Shown: positions 38,664-48,634 of the stretch, piece after piece
How the letters are laid out: every line of letters begins with the position of its first letter
Numbering within the stretch: position 1 is the stretch's first letter
Source of the DNA: Schmidtea polychroa
Taxonomy: Eukaryota
Direction: 5' to 3'
NCBI GenBank assembly: GCA_044892525.1
Contig: CM097886.1
Span: forward strand, 99,448,001 to 99,512,000
Length of the DNA stretch: 64,000 bases
Notes under the pieces: model-generated
The model's input: only the letters and a program-made list of their open reading frames with translations
Told to the model about the DNA's origin: nothing
The model's database searches: none
Translations under genes and position numbers: made by a program

Positions 38664-41121
38664 CAGTGGTGCCCAACCTTTTTATCAAGTGGGCAACTAT
38701 TTAAATGAAAAAGTCTTTGCGGGCACATTTTTGAAAAATTAGTTAATAGAAAAATGATCTTATAACAATCTTTTTATTAGGAAACATGCATTTGTATTAA
38801 AAATTTAAAATAATAAAAATAATAATGTGAAACAAAACAAACAAATTTATTTATAACATCATTTTAATGCGGCTTTTGAATTTGAGTCTGGCTAACAAGT
38901 TGATCAATATCAGGATTGATTTTTGAATTTGATAATAGAATGAGGTTTTCCAAGTGAGCATCAGTGAGTGAACATCTGAATTTGCTTTTTATGTAGTTCA
39001 TTGAAGAAAATGTCTTCTCACAAATGTAAGTTGATCCAAATTTGACCACAAACCGGAGTGCCATGTTGTTAAGTTCAGGATAGTCATTTTTTGGAACAAG
39101 CTTCCAGAATGCTTTTAAGTCGGGTGAAATAGGTGATTCGCAAAGCTCTTGAAACTTTCTCTTTAATCCTGTGTGGTTTTGAATGTCAGTAATTTCCATC
39201 TGTATTTTTGGAGAATACTTGCTGATTTCACTTTCTGATATAGAGAATGGATTAATGAACAATAAAATGTTATCCTTCTCTGCCTCAAAGTCAGAAAATC
39301 GAGAAGAAAATGAATGAGACAAATTCATAATGGCAAGTTTGTATTTTTCATAGTCCAAGTTGACAGTGATTGAACTTTCAAGTTGAAATTTCTGAAGCGT
39401 GGGGAAAAGATCCAGATTTCCTTGAGAAAGACTGTTATAAAACAGTTTTAATTTTGCCTTAAATGCATTGATTCGATTGAATAGTGTTGGGAACAAACTA
39501 TTTTCACCTTGCAATCCTGTGTTCAAGATGTTCAGGTAATTTGTGACATCAACAAGAAAAGCCAATTCACTCAACCAGGAATTGTTTTTCAAAAGATCAC
39601 ACTCGGTAGGCAACTCTTTTTTTTCTTCCAAAAATTGCAGTACTTGGGTCCTTAACTGGAAAAATCTTGACAGCATTTTTCCCTTTGACAACCAGCGAAC
39701 AGAGCAATGGAGCAAAAGTTCACCACAATCATCGGTTTCCTCTTCAAACAGGGATCGGAACTCTCTTCTATTTAGAGATCGTGCTCTAATCTTGTTAATA
39801 CAGTGCACAGCTGTGTCAATAACATGCTTGAATTCCATATCCTTTGAGCAAAGAACTTCTTGATGAATAATGCAATGGTACTTAAAAAGTTTTCTTTTTA
39901 GATATTTTTCTAGAAGGGAAACACAACCGTTGTTTTTTCCAACCATTGCAGGAGCTCCATCTGTGCAGATACTTTCCAGTTGATTCCAGTTGAGCTTATA
40001 CTCGTTGATGCTTGAATTTTCCACACAATCTTTCAGTGCTTCAAAGATATCGGCTCCAGTTGTTGTGGTTTTCAGTTGACAAAGGCCAAGAAGTTCCTGA
40101 ACAACATCGAAGTTTTCATTGACACATCTTATATAAACCAGTAATTGAGCACTGTCAGTTGCATCACAGCTTTCATCAATTGCAATTGAAAAGTATTTTG
40201 AAAGTGAAGCAGCAACAATAATTTGTTTTGAGACATCATTGGCCATTTCTTCAATTCTCCGAGTAACTGTATTTCTTGAAAGTGCTATGTTTTTGGACAG
40301 CAATTTGTTTTTTGGGTCACCTGAGTTTTCAGCAAAAATAGAAATTGCCTCTTTTACCATTTCACCATCTGAATAACTTTTTTTTAATCTGGCAAGCAGC
40401 AGGGAAATTTGAAATGAAGCTTTTGTCATACCGTGCATTTCTTCTTGTCTTTTGGTAAAAAATGTTTGCTGAACTGCAAGTTTCGATTTTCTCTTTGAAA
40501 TAAAGTCAGTTCTGTCTGCAGATCCAATTGGGTATTTGATTTTGAATTCTGAATGCATCTGATTAAAATGACGTTCCAAATTGTATTTTTTATAGACTGC
40601 AACTGTGTCATTACAAATCAGACAAATTGGCCTTGATGATTGTGAATGTGTGAACAAAAATTGTTCTTCCCAGTTATTTCTTAACACTTGTTGCGCAGAT
40701 TTTTCATCTTCACGTTTTCTTTTTTGAGACATCCCTTTGCTGAGAGACATTTTTGTAAAAACAAAAATTATTTTTTTTATTTGGATAAATTGTTGTCCAC
40801 ACTGAGAGATTGTTTTTGGTTGACTGATTTAAATAGAGTTTTTTAACTAACGATGTAACGATATTTGAATTAATTAATTTTAATTTAAAGTAGGAAAAAA
40901 TTTAATTTTCTTGGAATTCCCATTTAATAATTAATTGTTGGGATTGATTAATTTTAATTTCGAAAATTAAAAATGCGCTTGTAATTCTCATTGAAACATT
41001 ATACATCTTAATGTTAAAAATTGATATTTTCTTTAACCGTATTTAGAAAAACACCCACGGGCATTTGAAAAAGTCTCCACGGGCACTTTTTTGCCCGCGG
41101 GCACTAGGTTGGGCACCACTG
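38664..41121 (-). mobile_element. Full-length hAT transposon (Charlie/Buster/SPIN-like)
   Basis: Perfect 16-bp TIR CAGTGGTGCCCAACCT and 8-bp TSD CTCTAACT with central TA. Confidence 0.95.
38864..40750 (-). CDS. Intact hAT transposase (GTF2IRD2/EPM2AIP1-like), 628 aa
   Basis: BED-like CLIC..RH..H, catalytic-type D (IAIDESCD), D (CTDGAP) and E (YICEKTFS), CIIHQE and RWLS motifs; no stops. Confidence 0.92.
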   Translation of the reverse strand: MSLSKGMSQKRKREDEKSAQQVLRNNWEEQFLFTHSQSSRPICLICNDTVAVYKKYNLERHFNQMHSEFKIKYPIGSADRTDFISKRKSKLAVQQTFFTKRQEEMHGMTKASFQISLLLARLKKSYSDGEMVKEAISIFAENSGDPKNKLLSKNIALSRNTVTRRIEEMANDVSKQIIVAASLSKYFSIAIDESCDATDSAQLLVYIRCVNENFDVVQELLGLCQLKTTTTGADIFEALKDCVENSSINEYKLNWNQLESICTDGAPAMVGKNNGCVSLLEKYLKRKLFKYHCIIHQEVLCSKDMEFKHVIDTAVHCINKIRARSLNRREFRSLFEEETDDCGELLLHCSVRWLSKGKMLSRFFQLRTQVLQFLEEKKELPTECDLLKNNSWLSELAFLVDVTNYLNILNTGLQGENSLFPTLFNRINAFKAKLKLFYNSLSQGNLDLFPTLQKFQLESSITVNLDYEKYKLAIMNLSHSFSSRFSDFEAEKDNILLFINPFSISESEISKYSPKIQMEITDIQNHTGLKRKFQELCESPISPDLKAFWKLVPKNDYPELNNMALRFVVKFGSTYICEKTFSSMNYIKSKFRCSLTDAHLENLILLSNSKINPDIDQLVSQTQIQKPH

Positions 41122-41268
41122 CTCTAACTGGTTCGCAATTGCCGATAGGTCTTTCGTCAAAGGTTGTCATACGAAACGGGGCTGCTGTGATTTCCTTGGT
41201 TATTTTATCTTTACCATAGATCCTTTTTCAATTTTTTATCTTCAATTCTTTTTTAAACTATCAATATA

Positions 41269-41476
41269 CCGTAGAGTGCCGATTTTAATACCATGGTACA
41301 CTATATGGAAAACGCCAAAATTTTGATTTACTTTGAAATCCAAATATTATACCAGATACACTATTTGGTTTATTATACCATGGTTTATTGTACCATGATA
41401 TAATATTTAGCACTTTTTAAAAATAGTATACCACTGGTACACTATTTGGGGAGGTATACTATTCGGCACTCTACGG
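41269..41476. mobile_element. Tc1/mariner(pogo)-type MITE
   Basis: TIR CCGTAGAGTGCCGA / TCGGCACTCTACGG flanked by TA. Confidence 0.7.
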
Positions 41477-41499
41477 TAATATTTTTTATATCGCTGGCG

Positions 41500-42520
41500 T
41501 TTGGATGAAGAACTAAGCAAATGTGTGGCCTCAGTGCTGAAACATCAATGATTTGGAAAAACGACGATGGTCATGTTGGTCCTGCACACTATCGGTGAAA
41601 AATAAAGGACAGGTAAGCTACTGCCTTATAACTAGTCTCCTTTATATTTCGTGAGGGTTCTGGACGGCCGTAATAAGGACTTACATCTGCTGGCAACAGA
41701 TTTCAATAGCGATATTGCTCTACGTTGAGAATGTCCATTTCAACTCTGATACTGATTAGTTTCCACTTCTTTTCTCGAACCTCTCAACAAACAAAAAAGG
41801 GAAAACGGTAATTTCCGAAATAAAACAAAACACAGAAGACAAAATAAATACTATATTCACAACGAAAAATCCGGGCCAAGATTAATAGTACCTGATTTTC
41901 ATGATCGAATTCATTTTCCATGCCCAGAGTTTGGACCTCCTTGAGCATTTCGATAGTGAGATTGGGCGGATTTAGGACTTTTTGGAGCTGAGCCGATCCT
42001 GCCACTTTTCTCGCTCGTTTTTTTCGCGTTTCTCTCCGCTTTAGATAAGTTTCTCCGTTTCGGTTTAGGATTCCATGGCACCGGTATAGGTACGTTCAGG
42101 TCAATGACGGGTGCGGCCACCGGTGGAACATTGGTGTTTACAAAAAGTAGAATGCGCTCTGAAGTTGTTAAGAACGAATATCCTGCGCACGACGACGGAA
42201 CAAGAAATTCTGGCATTAACTGTTGGCTGGAACGATGGTGTGGCTGGCCATGGCTTTGTAGTTAGACACTCTGAAGGCCAGCTCCTTGACTGTATAACCG
42301 GTACAGAGCCTGCGATTTCTCCTTTACCAGGGTTCAGTGTGCCGCATTTTCCGTAATGAGGTGTTCCTGCAGTGCTCAAGACGGTGTAATTGTTTGGTCT
42401 TCTCCTGAATCTAGAGGGGCGATAACCATGTGCCATCCTGTGGGTCGATCTTAGCCCAAAATAAGCGATTCTCCTTCTTGACGAGCGCCAGCTGGGCATT
42501 CTTGTCAGAGCAAGAAAAAC
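41500..42520 (-). mobile_element. Remnant of another related LTR (minus orientation)
   Basis: A basic ORF remnant (PKPKRRNLSKAERNAKK) is followed on the minus strand by the structured motif at 41572-41687, the same arrangement as in the other LTRs. Boundaries are unclear. Confidence 0.4.
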
Positions 42521-45500
42521 AAGGTTTAAGACTGCTGGAGGTGGTTGTCATAATACCAATAAATTGTCTGGATTTGGTGAAAATCTAAGTTAATAATTTA
42601 TTGATTATTTAGAAGATTCTTAACTTGGCACTCCTCACTGATGATAACCTTAACTGGACTGGATCTGAGATATCAATAACCCCAATTTTAATGACTTAAA
42701 TGATAATAATGTCCCGATTAATACGCAACAGAATTTTAGGAAATGCAAAAAGTGGTTGGCCCGAGAATCTTTCCGTTTTCTCTCCGCGATTGACCAGTAT
42801 CATTGGGGACCTTAAATGGGCCCTTAGAATTGTCCGTGTCAATCTTAACTATGGATAATGACCCTAATAACGACGACACTACTAGTGATAATCACGCTCC
42901 TAATAATCTCAATGCTAATAATAACACTAGGAGTACTAATGGCAACAATGATTATCATACTGAAATCAAGGGCAATAATTATAATAATTATGCGAAGGAT
43001 AAAAATTTAAGAAAAATTCTAATATTAATCCTTCTGATGATAATACAAATGATAGAACTTGTGATCGTTATAATGGCGGAACTTATTGTTGGGCTAGAAC
43101 TGATTTCTAGACCCAAAATACTAATTGTGACTGAAGCGCGTAGGTACACAGCAAGAAAAAAAGCACCAAGTATAGTTAAATATTAAAACCTACACCAAAT
43201 AAACAATATTAACTAAAGGAGAAAGCAACAAAAACATAAACAAAGAAATTAAACAAAATTATACAAAAGCAAGAAGTGATGCAAAAATCTAACTCAAAAA
43301 TAACCAAATAAACACAGGGTTACAAAAAACAGACTCGAATAACTTAAAAGACGATAAAAACAGTAAAACATTCCAGAAAAACCCAGAACATTCTATAAAA
43401 ATGGCGATGACCATCACAAAAGTTATCTAGAACAACAAAAGTTAAGGAAAATAAATAAATTAGTATTAAAAGTAAAAAATCTCAAAAAGAATTCATAAAA
43501 ACATCAGTTAAAATAAAAATTAAATTAAAAGTAAAATAGAATGTTCTGGAACCGTTCCAAATCCATCATGGACGTAAAATTAATGAAAAATAATTAAAAA
43601 ATAAAAATATAAAAATAAAAACAAAAATTATGGCACAAAAATTGCCATTAAAAATAGCAAAATCGTAAAATAGAAAATTCTGGAATAAAAAGAATTCGAG
43701 TTTGTTTTAATGCATCAATACATACACGTGTACTAAATAGGTATATATACCGACACGTTTCAGTCACAATAATCACTTTTATGCCAAATTTTTGTGACGA
43801 AATTTCCAAAATCGATAGTAAGCATTGATCTTTATTTGTATATTAATTGTTTAATTATATAGATGGTATTTTAAATTTATTTTTTTTTTTTTTGCTTAAA
43901 ATTTTTTGCGATGTATGAGTGATCAACGGCGTACTGGTATTCCTGCGTCGTTGTTCAGTCCTGCATCCAATTTATTAAAATCGTTATTAACAGGACATGC
44001 AGACACGCATTATCATTATTATAGTGATATTTATTATATGATTCCTTTTTGTTCGGGTCAGCCGGAGGTCGAACTACTTCATGGTCCTGCCATGGAGTTA
44101 GGTCGAGGAAACCCTCCGCCTGACTCTTCGTATTTATTTAAGGTCAGCCGTAAATGGTTGACTTAGCACACAACACTAAGGTTTGTGGACGTGGTCACAG
44201 TGGGGCCATGGAAGCAATATTCTTCCCGACTCATTGCGTAATATACAATTAAACTCAACACTTAAAATCCTGAACAATAACTCTACACTAAGGTTCTAAT
44301 TTGAGTAGAGCTCGTACCTAAAATTACACAATTCTACACTCACATTAATGTAGCTAGTTGATTCATAATGGTAATTTCAATTATACTTAGACATATGCCG
44401 AACTAGATTTTGTAGTAAGGATCTTTGATAAAGTAATAGAAATAAGAGAGATATTCGGCATACGTACAGGTATAACTTGATCTAGATATGCTGATTCCGA
44501 GTAAAGATAGACATTTTAAATCTAGTTCCCACTTTAAAATGTTTGTAAATGTGTAGGCTCTTAGTTATAATATTCTTGTTGTTAACTATAAAACTATAAG
44601 TTATAAATAATTACGATAGCTAGGTACAAATCACGTCGATCCTGAAAATGTAAATTGTTAATGGAGAAAGTCTGATCAGAGATAGTAGTAAACAATTTTT
44701 CGTATAAAATCAACTTAGGATTGGTTACAGATAGGCGATAGACGCGCTAGAACCCTGAAGTTTAATCCACAAATAGGACCAGGAAATCTGTAAGTACTGC
44801 GGAAAACAATGTTGATCATAGAAAGGAAGTTGTAAGAAGTATATTCCGTCGACTAAAAATTTCAAATTATAAAGTACGAAAATACGAATTACAAAAGTAT
44901 AAATTTTAGATTATAAACTTATAAATTATAAGTTAAGCAATTATAACTTATAAAATATGAATGTATAAATTTCAAAATATGAAATTATAATTATAAATTA
45001 CAAGATGGTAAATCCCTAAATTGAAAAATTTTAAATTATAAATCGAAAATTATCAAAGTATAAATTATAAAACATAAATTTATAATTCTAAAACATGGGA
45101 TTATAAAATTGTAGTTATCATAATCCTGATCATTTCTCTTGTTATTACTATTAGCAGTATCAACATTATCATTACTATTAGTATTATTATACTTATTCTT
45201 ATTATTATTATATTATTATTATCATTATTATGAATATCATAATTAGTATTATTATTATTATCATCATTATCAGTACCATTATAAAAATTTATTATTATTC
45301 TTGTTATTATTATTATTAGTATTATTATTATTACCATTATTAAAATTTATTATTATTCTAATTAGTATTACTATCATTGCTATTATTAATATTATTATTA
45401 TCATTATTATTATTATTATTAGTATCGTTATTTCATTGTTATTATTATTGGTATTATTACAGTTAACTACAAAAAAATCGATATCCCAATCCGATAACGA

Positions 45501-45982
45501 TCACCTGGAAATTTAGAAATTAGCAAATTAAATAAATTACTTGTATGCAGAGCAAACCACTCATAACGAGCACAACCGAAGGAAAGGCAAGCAGACGAGA
45601 AGCTAAGCTCGTTGTTAATACCTGTCGCCTCAGCGTACCCGAATTTAGTGGCAAAAGATTTAAACCCTGAAATTTTAAATTCGTGATAATATTTACATTA
45701 AAATACAAAAAATATAATTTAAATGTTCACTTAGTGATAAATACAAATTTAGAGAAAAATAGTTAATTAAAACAAGAGGATGGTTGATAAATTTTTTTTT
45801 GGGTTATTAGTAGACAAAATATGAAATTTCATTCTATGGTTCCTAGGATTATAAATGTTGGTCTTAAAATAAAATATTTCTTTTCATTTTCAAATTCTTA
45901 AAGGGAAAAAGGGTCAACAAAATCCTGTGTTTAACGTCGTATTACAATCAGTATAAAGTGGCTTGATTGTTCTTTTGTAGAA

Positions 45983-46348
45983 ATGTCCTATTCTGACAGT
46001 GATAGTAACGAAGCAGCCGACCGGCAGATGCTTACACGACTCCGGACACGGTACATATGGTACCGTATCCATGATTGGAACCGGGGCTTGGACCTCGACA
46101 ACTGGGGCCCAGTAATCAGGAGTGGGCCGGAACCGGACGCCCCAGCGTGGGTAAAAACAGAGCCCACAAACGATTTTTTGCAAGAGGCCCGCGACCGAGC
46201 GGCCATCGAGGTAGAAGCAGCTCAGATGCGACTCAAGAAGATCGAGCTACAAATCCAAGCAGAAAAAGAGGGAAAAACCGTGGAGGACCTAGAAGAGGCC
46301 GAGGCAACCCCGCGGAAGAGGGGAAGGCCTCGCAAGCGATTGAACTGA
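45983..46348 (+). CDS. LTR-encoded 121-aa AT-hook protein (copy B)
   Basis: PRKRGRPRK and VKTE motifs; ortholog of 25645-26010 with many synonymous differences. Confidence 0.75.
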   Translation: MSYSDSDSNEAADRQMLTRLRTRYIWYRIHDWNRGLDLDNWGPVIRSGPEPDAPAWVKTEPTNDFLQEARDRAAIEVEAAQMRLKKIELQIQAEKEGKTVEDLEEAEATPRKRGRPRKRLN

Positions 46349-46558
46349 CTCATCGTCAAAATTTTGTTTTTGCAAATTATCATTCAGTTGTGACTTTATT
46401 AAACTTTGATTTTAGTGATAATTATTTCAGTCCTTTTAATAAATCATCTTGTGTATTGCGTACTTGACATCCGAAACTATGTTTATTTATAATATTGATT
46501 TTATTTTATAATTGAATGAATAGCATGCTGCAAGAATATAATCGTTGAATTTATCTAG

Positions 46559-47028
46559 TGTTCAAACTATTGGAAAATCTGCGAAGAGATAGGGCAGAAG
46601 CTCAAAAACAGTCCGAGGAGCTCCGCATACGCGTAGACAAGCTCAAGGGACGGTGCCGGGAACTAGAAAGCACCTGGTTTAGTCCCGAGGATATGAAAAA
46701 GAAGGTGGCGCAGGTCCTTCAACTGCAGACGCAAGCCGCGCAGGATCAGATGGAGATCCGGGCACTGAAGCTCCAGCTCCGCGTGCTAGAAACCGAGCGA
46801 AATGAACAAGTAGTTCACGGAGCCGCCATAAGCCAAATCCGGCCGTTGACCGTGGAACTAGCAGCAATATACCCCCCGGCCGCGAAAGAGAAACCCAAAA
46901 GAAAGCGGTTAGGCCGAAATATTCGGGAAAAATTGAAGAAAGCTAGACTGGCCGAACACGAGCGACAAGCAAATTTGTCACTGGCAGCTGCGACGGAATT
47001 GACCAGTCCTACCAATAAGCCTGTTTGA
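46559..47028 (+). CDS. LTR-encoded coiled-coil/basic protein (copy B); no in-frame ATG near its start, likely spliced
   Basis: Homolog of 26368-26837 with a TAG|TG acceptor at 46557-58. Confidence 0.7.
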
Positions 47029-47433
47029 ACTTATATTCGGTTTTAGGTGTTTTGTAGTATTTTTATGTATTGTGGTAGTCTTCAAATAATATGTTCCTTG
47101 TTAAAATACTGCACGTTTTGTAGTGATAAAATAAGGACTAGTACAGTTTATGATTGCCTGGGAAATGAGAGTTGTGCATAAGGTTGGGAAAACAATTTTG
47201 ATAAAGGGACCTGAGAAATCGGACACACACCTTCTATCGGTAGTCCGTGAACCCACGGAGTACTCGACAACTATAGTGCTTTGATGCGCTCACTTTTTGC
47301 GAGTACTCAACCCTTGGTACAGTACCAACGTTGATCACTCAACGGGTACCAAGCGGAAAAACAATGTTGTATTTTGGGTTACGCTGGTAACAGCACTCAA
47401 TCATTCAACCACCAGTAACCCACCATACAAATT

Positions 47434-47451
47434 TGGGGGCTCAGCCGGGAT
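47434..47451 (+). promoter_or_regulatory. Primer-binding site, tRNA-Pro type
   Basis: TGGGGGCTCAGCCGGGAT is 16/18 identical to the canonical Pro PBS TGGGGGCTCGTCCGGGAT and lies 8 nt after the LTR end. Confidence 0.85.
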
Positions 47452-48151
47452 TATTGAAAATTTAATTGGTGAAAGAACCCGAGAATAGATATAATAGAGA
47501 GAGTAAAAGCGGATATAAAGTGATATGCATTCAAGACCGAGCAGGTTGTTTTCCCAAGCGCTTAAACTTAGTATATGGATATGCGAATATGATAAAATGT
47601 ATGTAGAATGTCTAAATGAGTGATGGAAGTTTTAAAGTATGACGACATATGAATGTATTGAAAGTGGGTATGAGAATGCTGTACGAATAACTTAGTAATA
47701 GAATGAATGAGGATAAACGAAAATTAAAACGAAAACAAATTATAATAAAATTGTAAATAACAACGATTAATAAAATGTAAATATAAGGAAATAATAAAAA
47801 TTTAAAAATAGGGAAAAGGGGGGATAGCACGCTAATAAAGATAGAACAAATGAACAATGAAATTAAACTTAATCAGAAAACGTGTAAAATATGGCGATAA
47901 GGAATGGGATATGAGTTATATATAATTAAAACGATTGTAATAAAATCACAAGATCATGAAAGAAATGTGCGCGGAATAGAGCATTAAACAGAGGGAGACG
48001 GGGTTGTTAAGGGTAATAAGTAGAATGTAAAGGTTTATCGAAGCACTAATAAAATAAAGTATTCTGGATATTAGGGGGAAAAACGATAAAGGGGGAAAAA
48101 TGACGCGGAATATTAATAAAAAGAGAACTTTAATTAATAAATCTTAATTAG

Positions 48152-48634
48152 ATGGAATCAACCGGCTACATTACAAAGAGACTCGAAAAATTCGTAGATT
48201 TAACACACAATTCGTTACAACGGCTAAATCGCAAAGCGGACCAGTTGATAAAAATCCAAGATGAGATGAGCTTGAATCCAAGGCCGCAAGCTGAGGAAAT
48301 ATGCGTAATGATGAAAATAGCGACACCTAATGCAGAATTGACCACTAAAAGAGTTTATCAACTTCAAAATTTACGATTAGACAATGCCAAATTTAACATC
48401 AAATGGCAGGAGATAATGATAAAAATGGAAACGATCGAGGAAGAAATTAAAGAAGCAATCGAACATCAAGTTAAAGATTTTAGAAAATGCTTCATATGCA
48501 GAACCAATGAAATACGAGTAATGACGATTCCATGTGGTCATTTATGCTACTGCGAGAATTGCGCAGAGAAAATTAAACGATGCAACGTATGCGATACGAA
48601 TGTTAGAGAGAAAATTGTAATATACCTCCCATAA
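48152..48634 (+). CDS. 160-aa coiled-coil protein with a C-terminal C3HC4 RING of IAP type (no BIR domain visible)
   Basis: CFICRTNEIRVMTIPCGHLCYCENCAEKIKRCNVC..VREKIVIYLP-stop has RING-HC spacing and an IAP-like hydrophobic tail. Confidence 0.85.
   Translation: MESTGYITKRLEKFVDLTHNSLQRLNRKADQLIKIQDEMSLNPRPQAEEICVMMKIATPNAELTTKRVYQLQNLRLDNAKFNIKWQEIMIKMETIEEEIKEAIEHQVKDFRKCFICRTNEIRVMTIPCGHLCYCENCAEKIKRCNVCDTNVREKIVIYLP

Larger units (their letters stand above)
43087..47425 (+). repeat. 5' LTR (LTR B, 4339 bp)
   Basis: TGTTGGGCTAGAAC...CCCACCA ends, homologous to solo LTR A, followed by a PBS. The left flank TTAT is the predicted TSD. Confidence 0.9.

Noticed and set aside
42803-43186. Asn-rich ORF crossing the left end of the giant LTR
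   Set aside because: It is a chimera of a low-complexity flank and LTR sequence, with no recognisable domain.
43906-44250. ORF in the 5' part of LTR B and its counterpart at ~21370-21750, with a shared TAG (readthrough?)
   Set aside because: Differences between A and B fall mostly at first and second codon positions and A has extra stops, so there is no sign of coding constraint.
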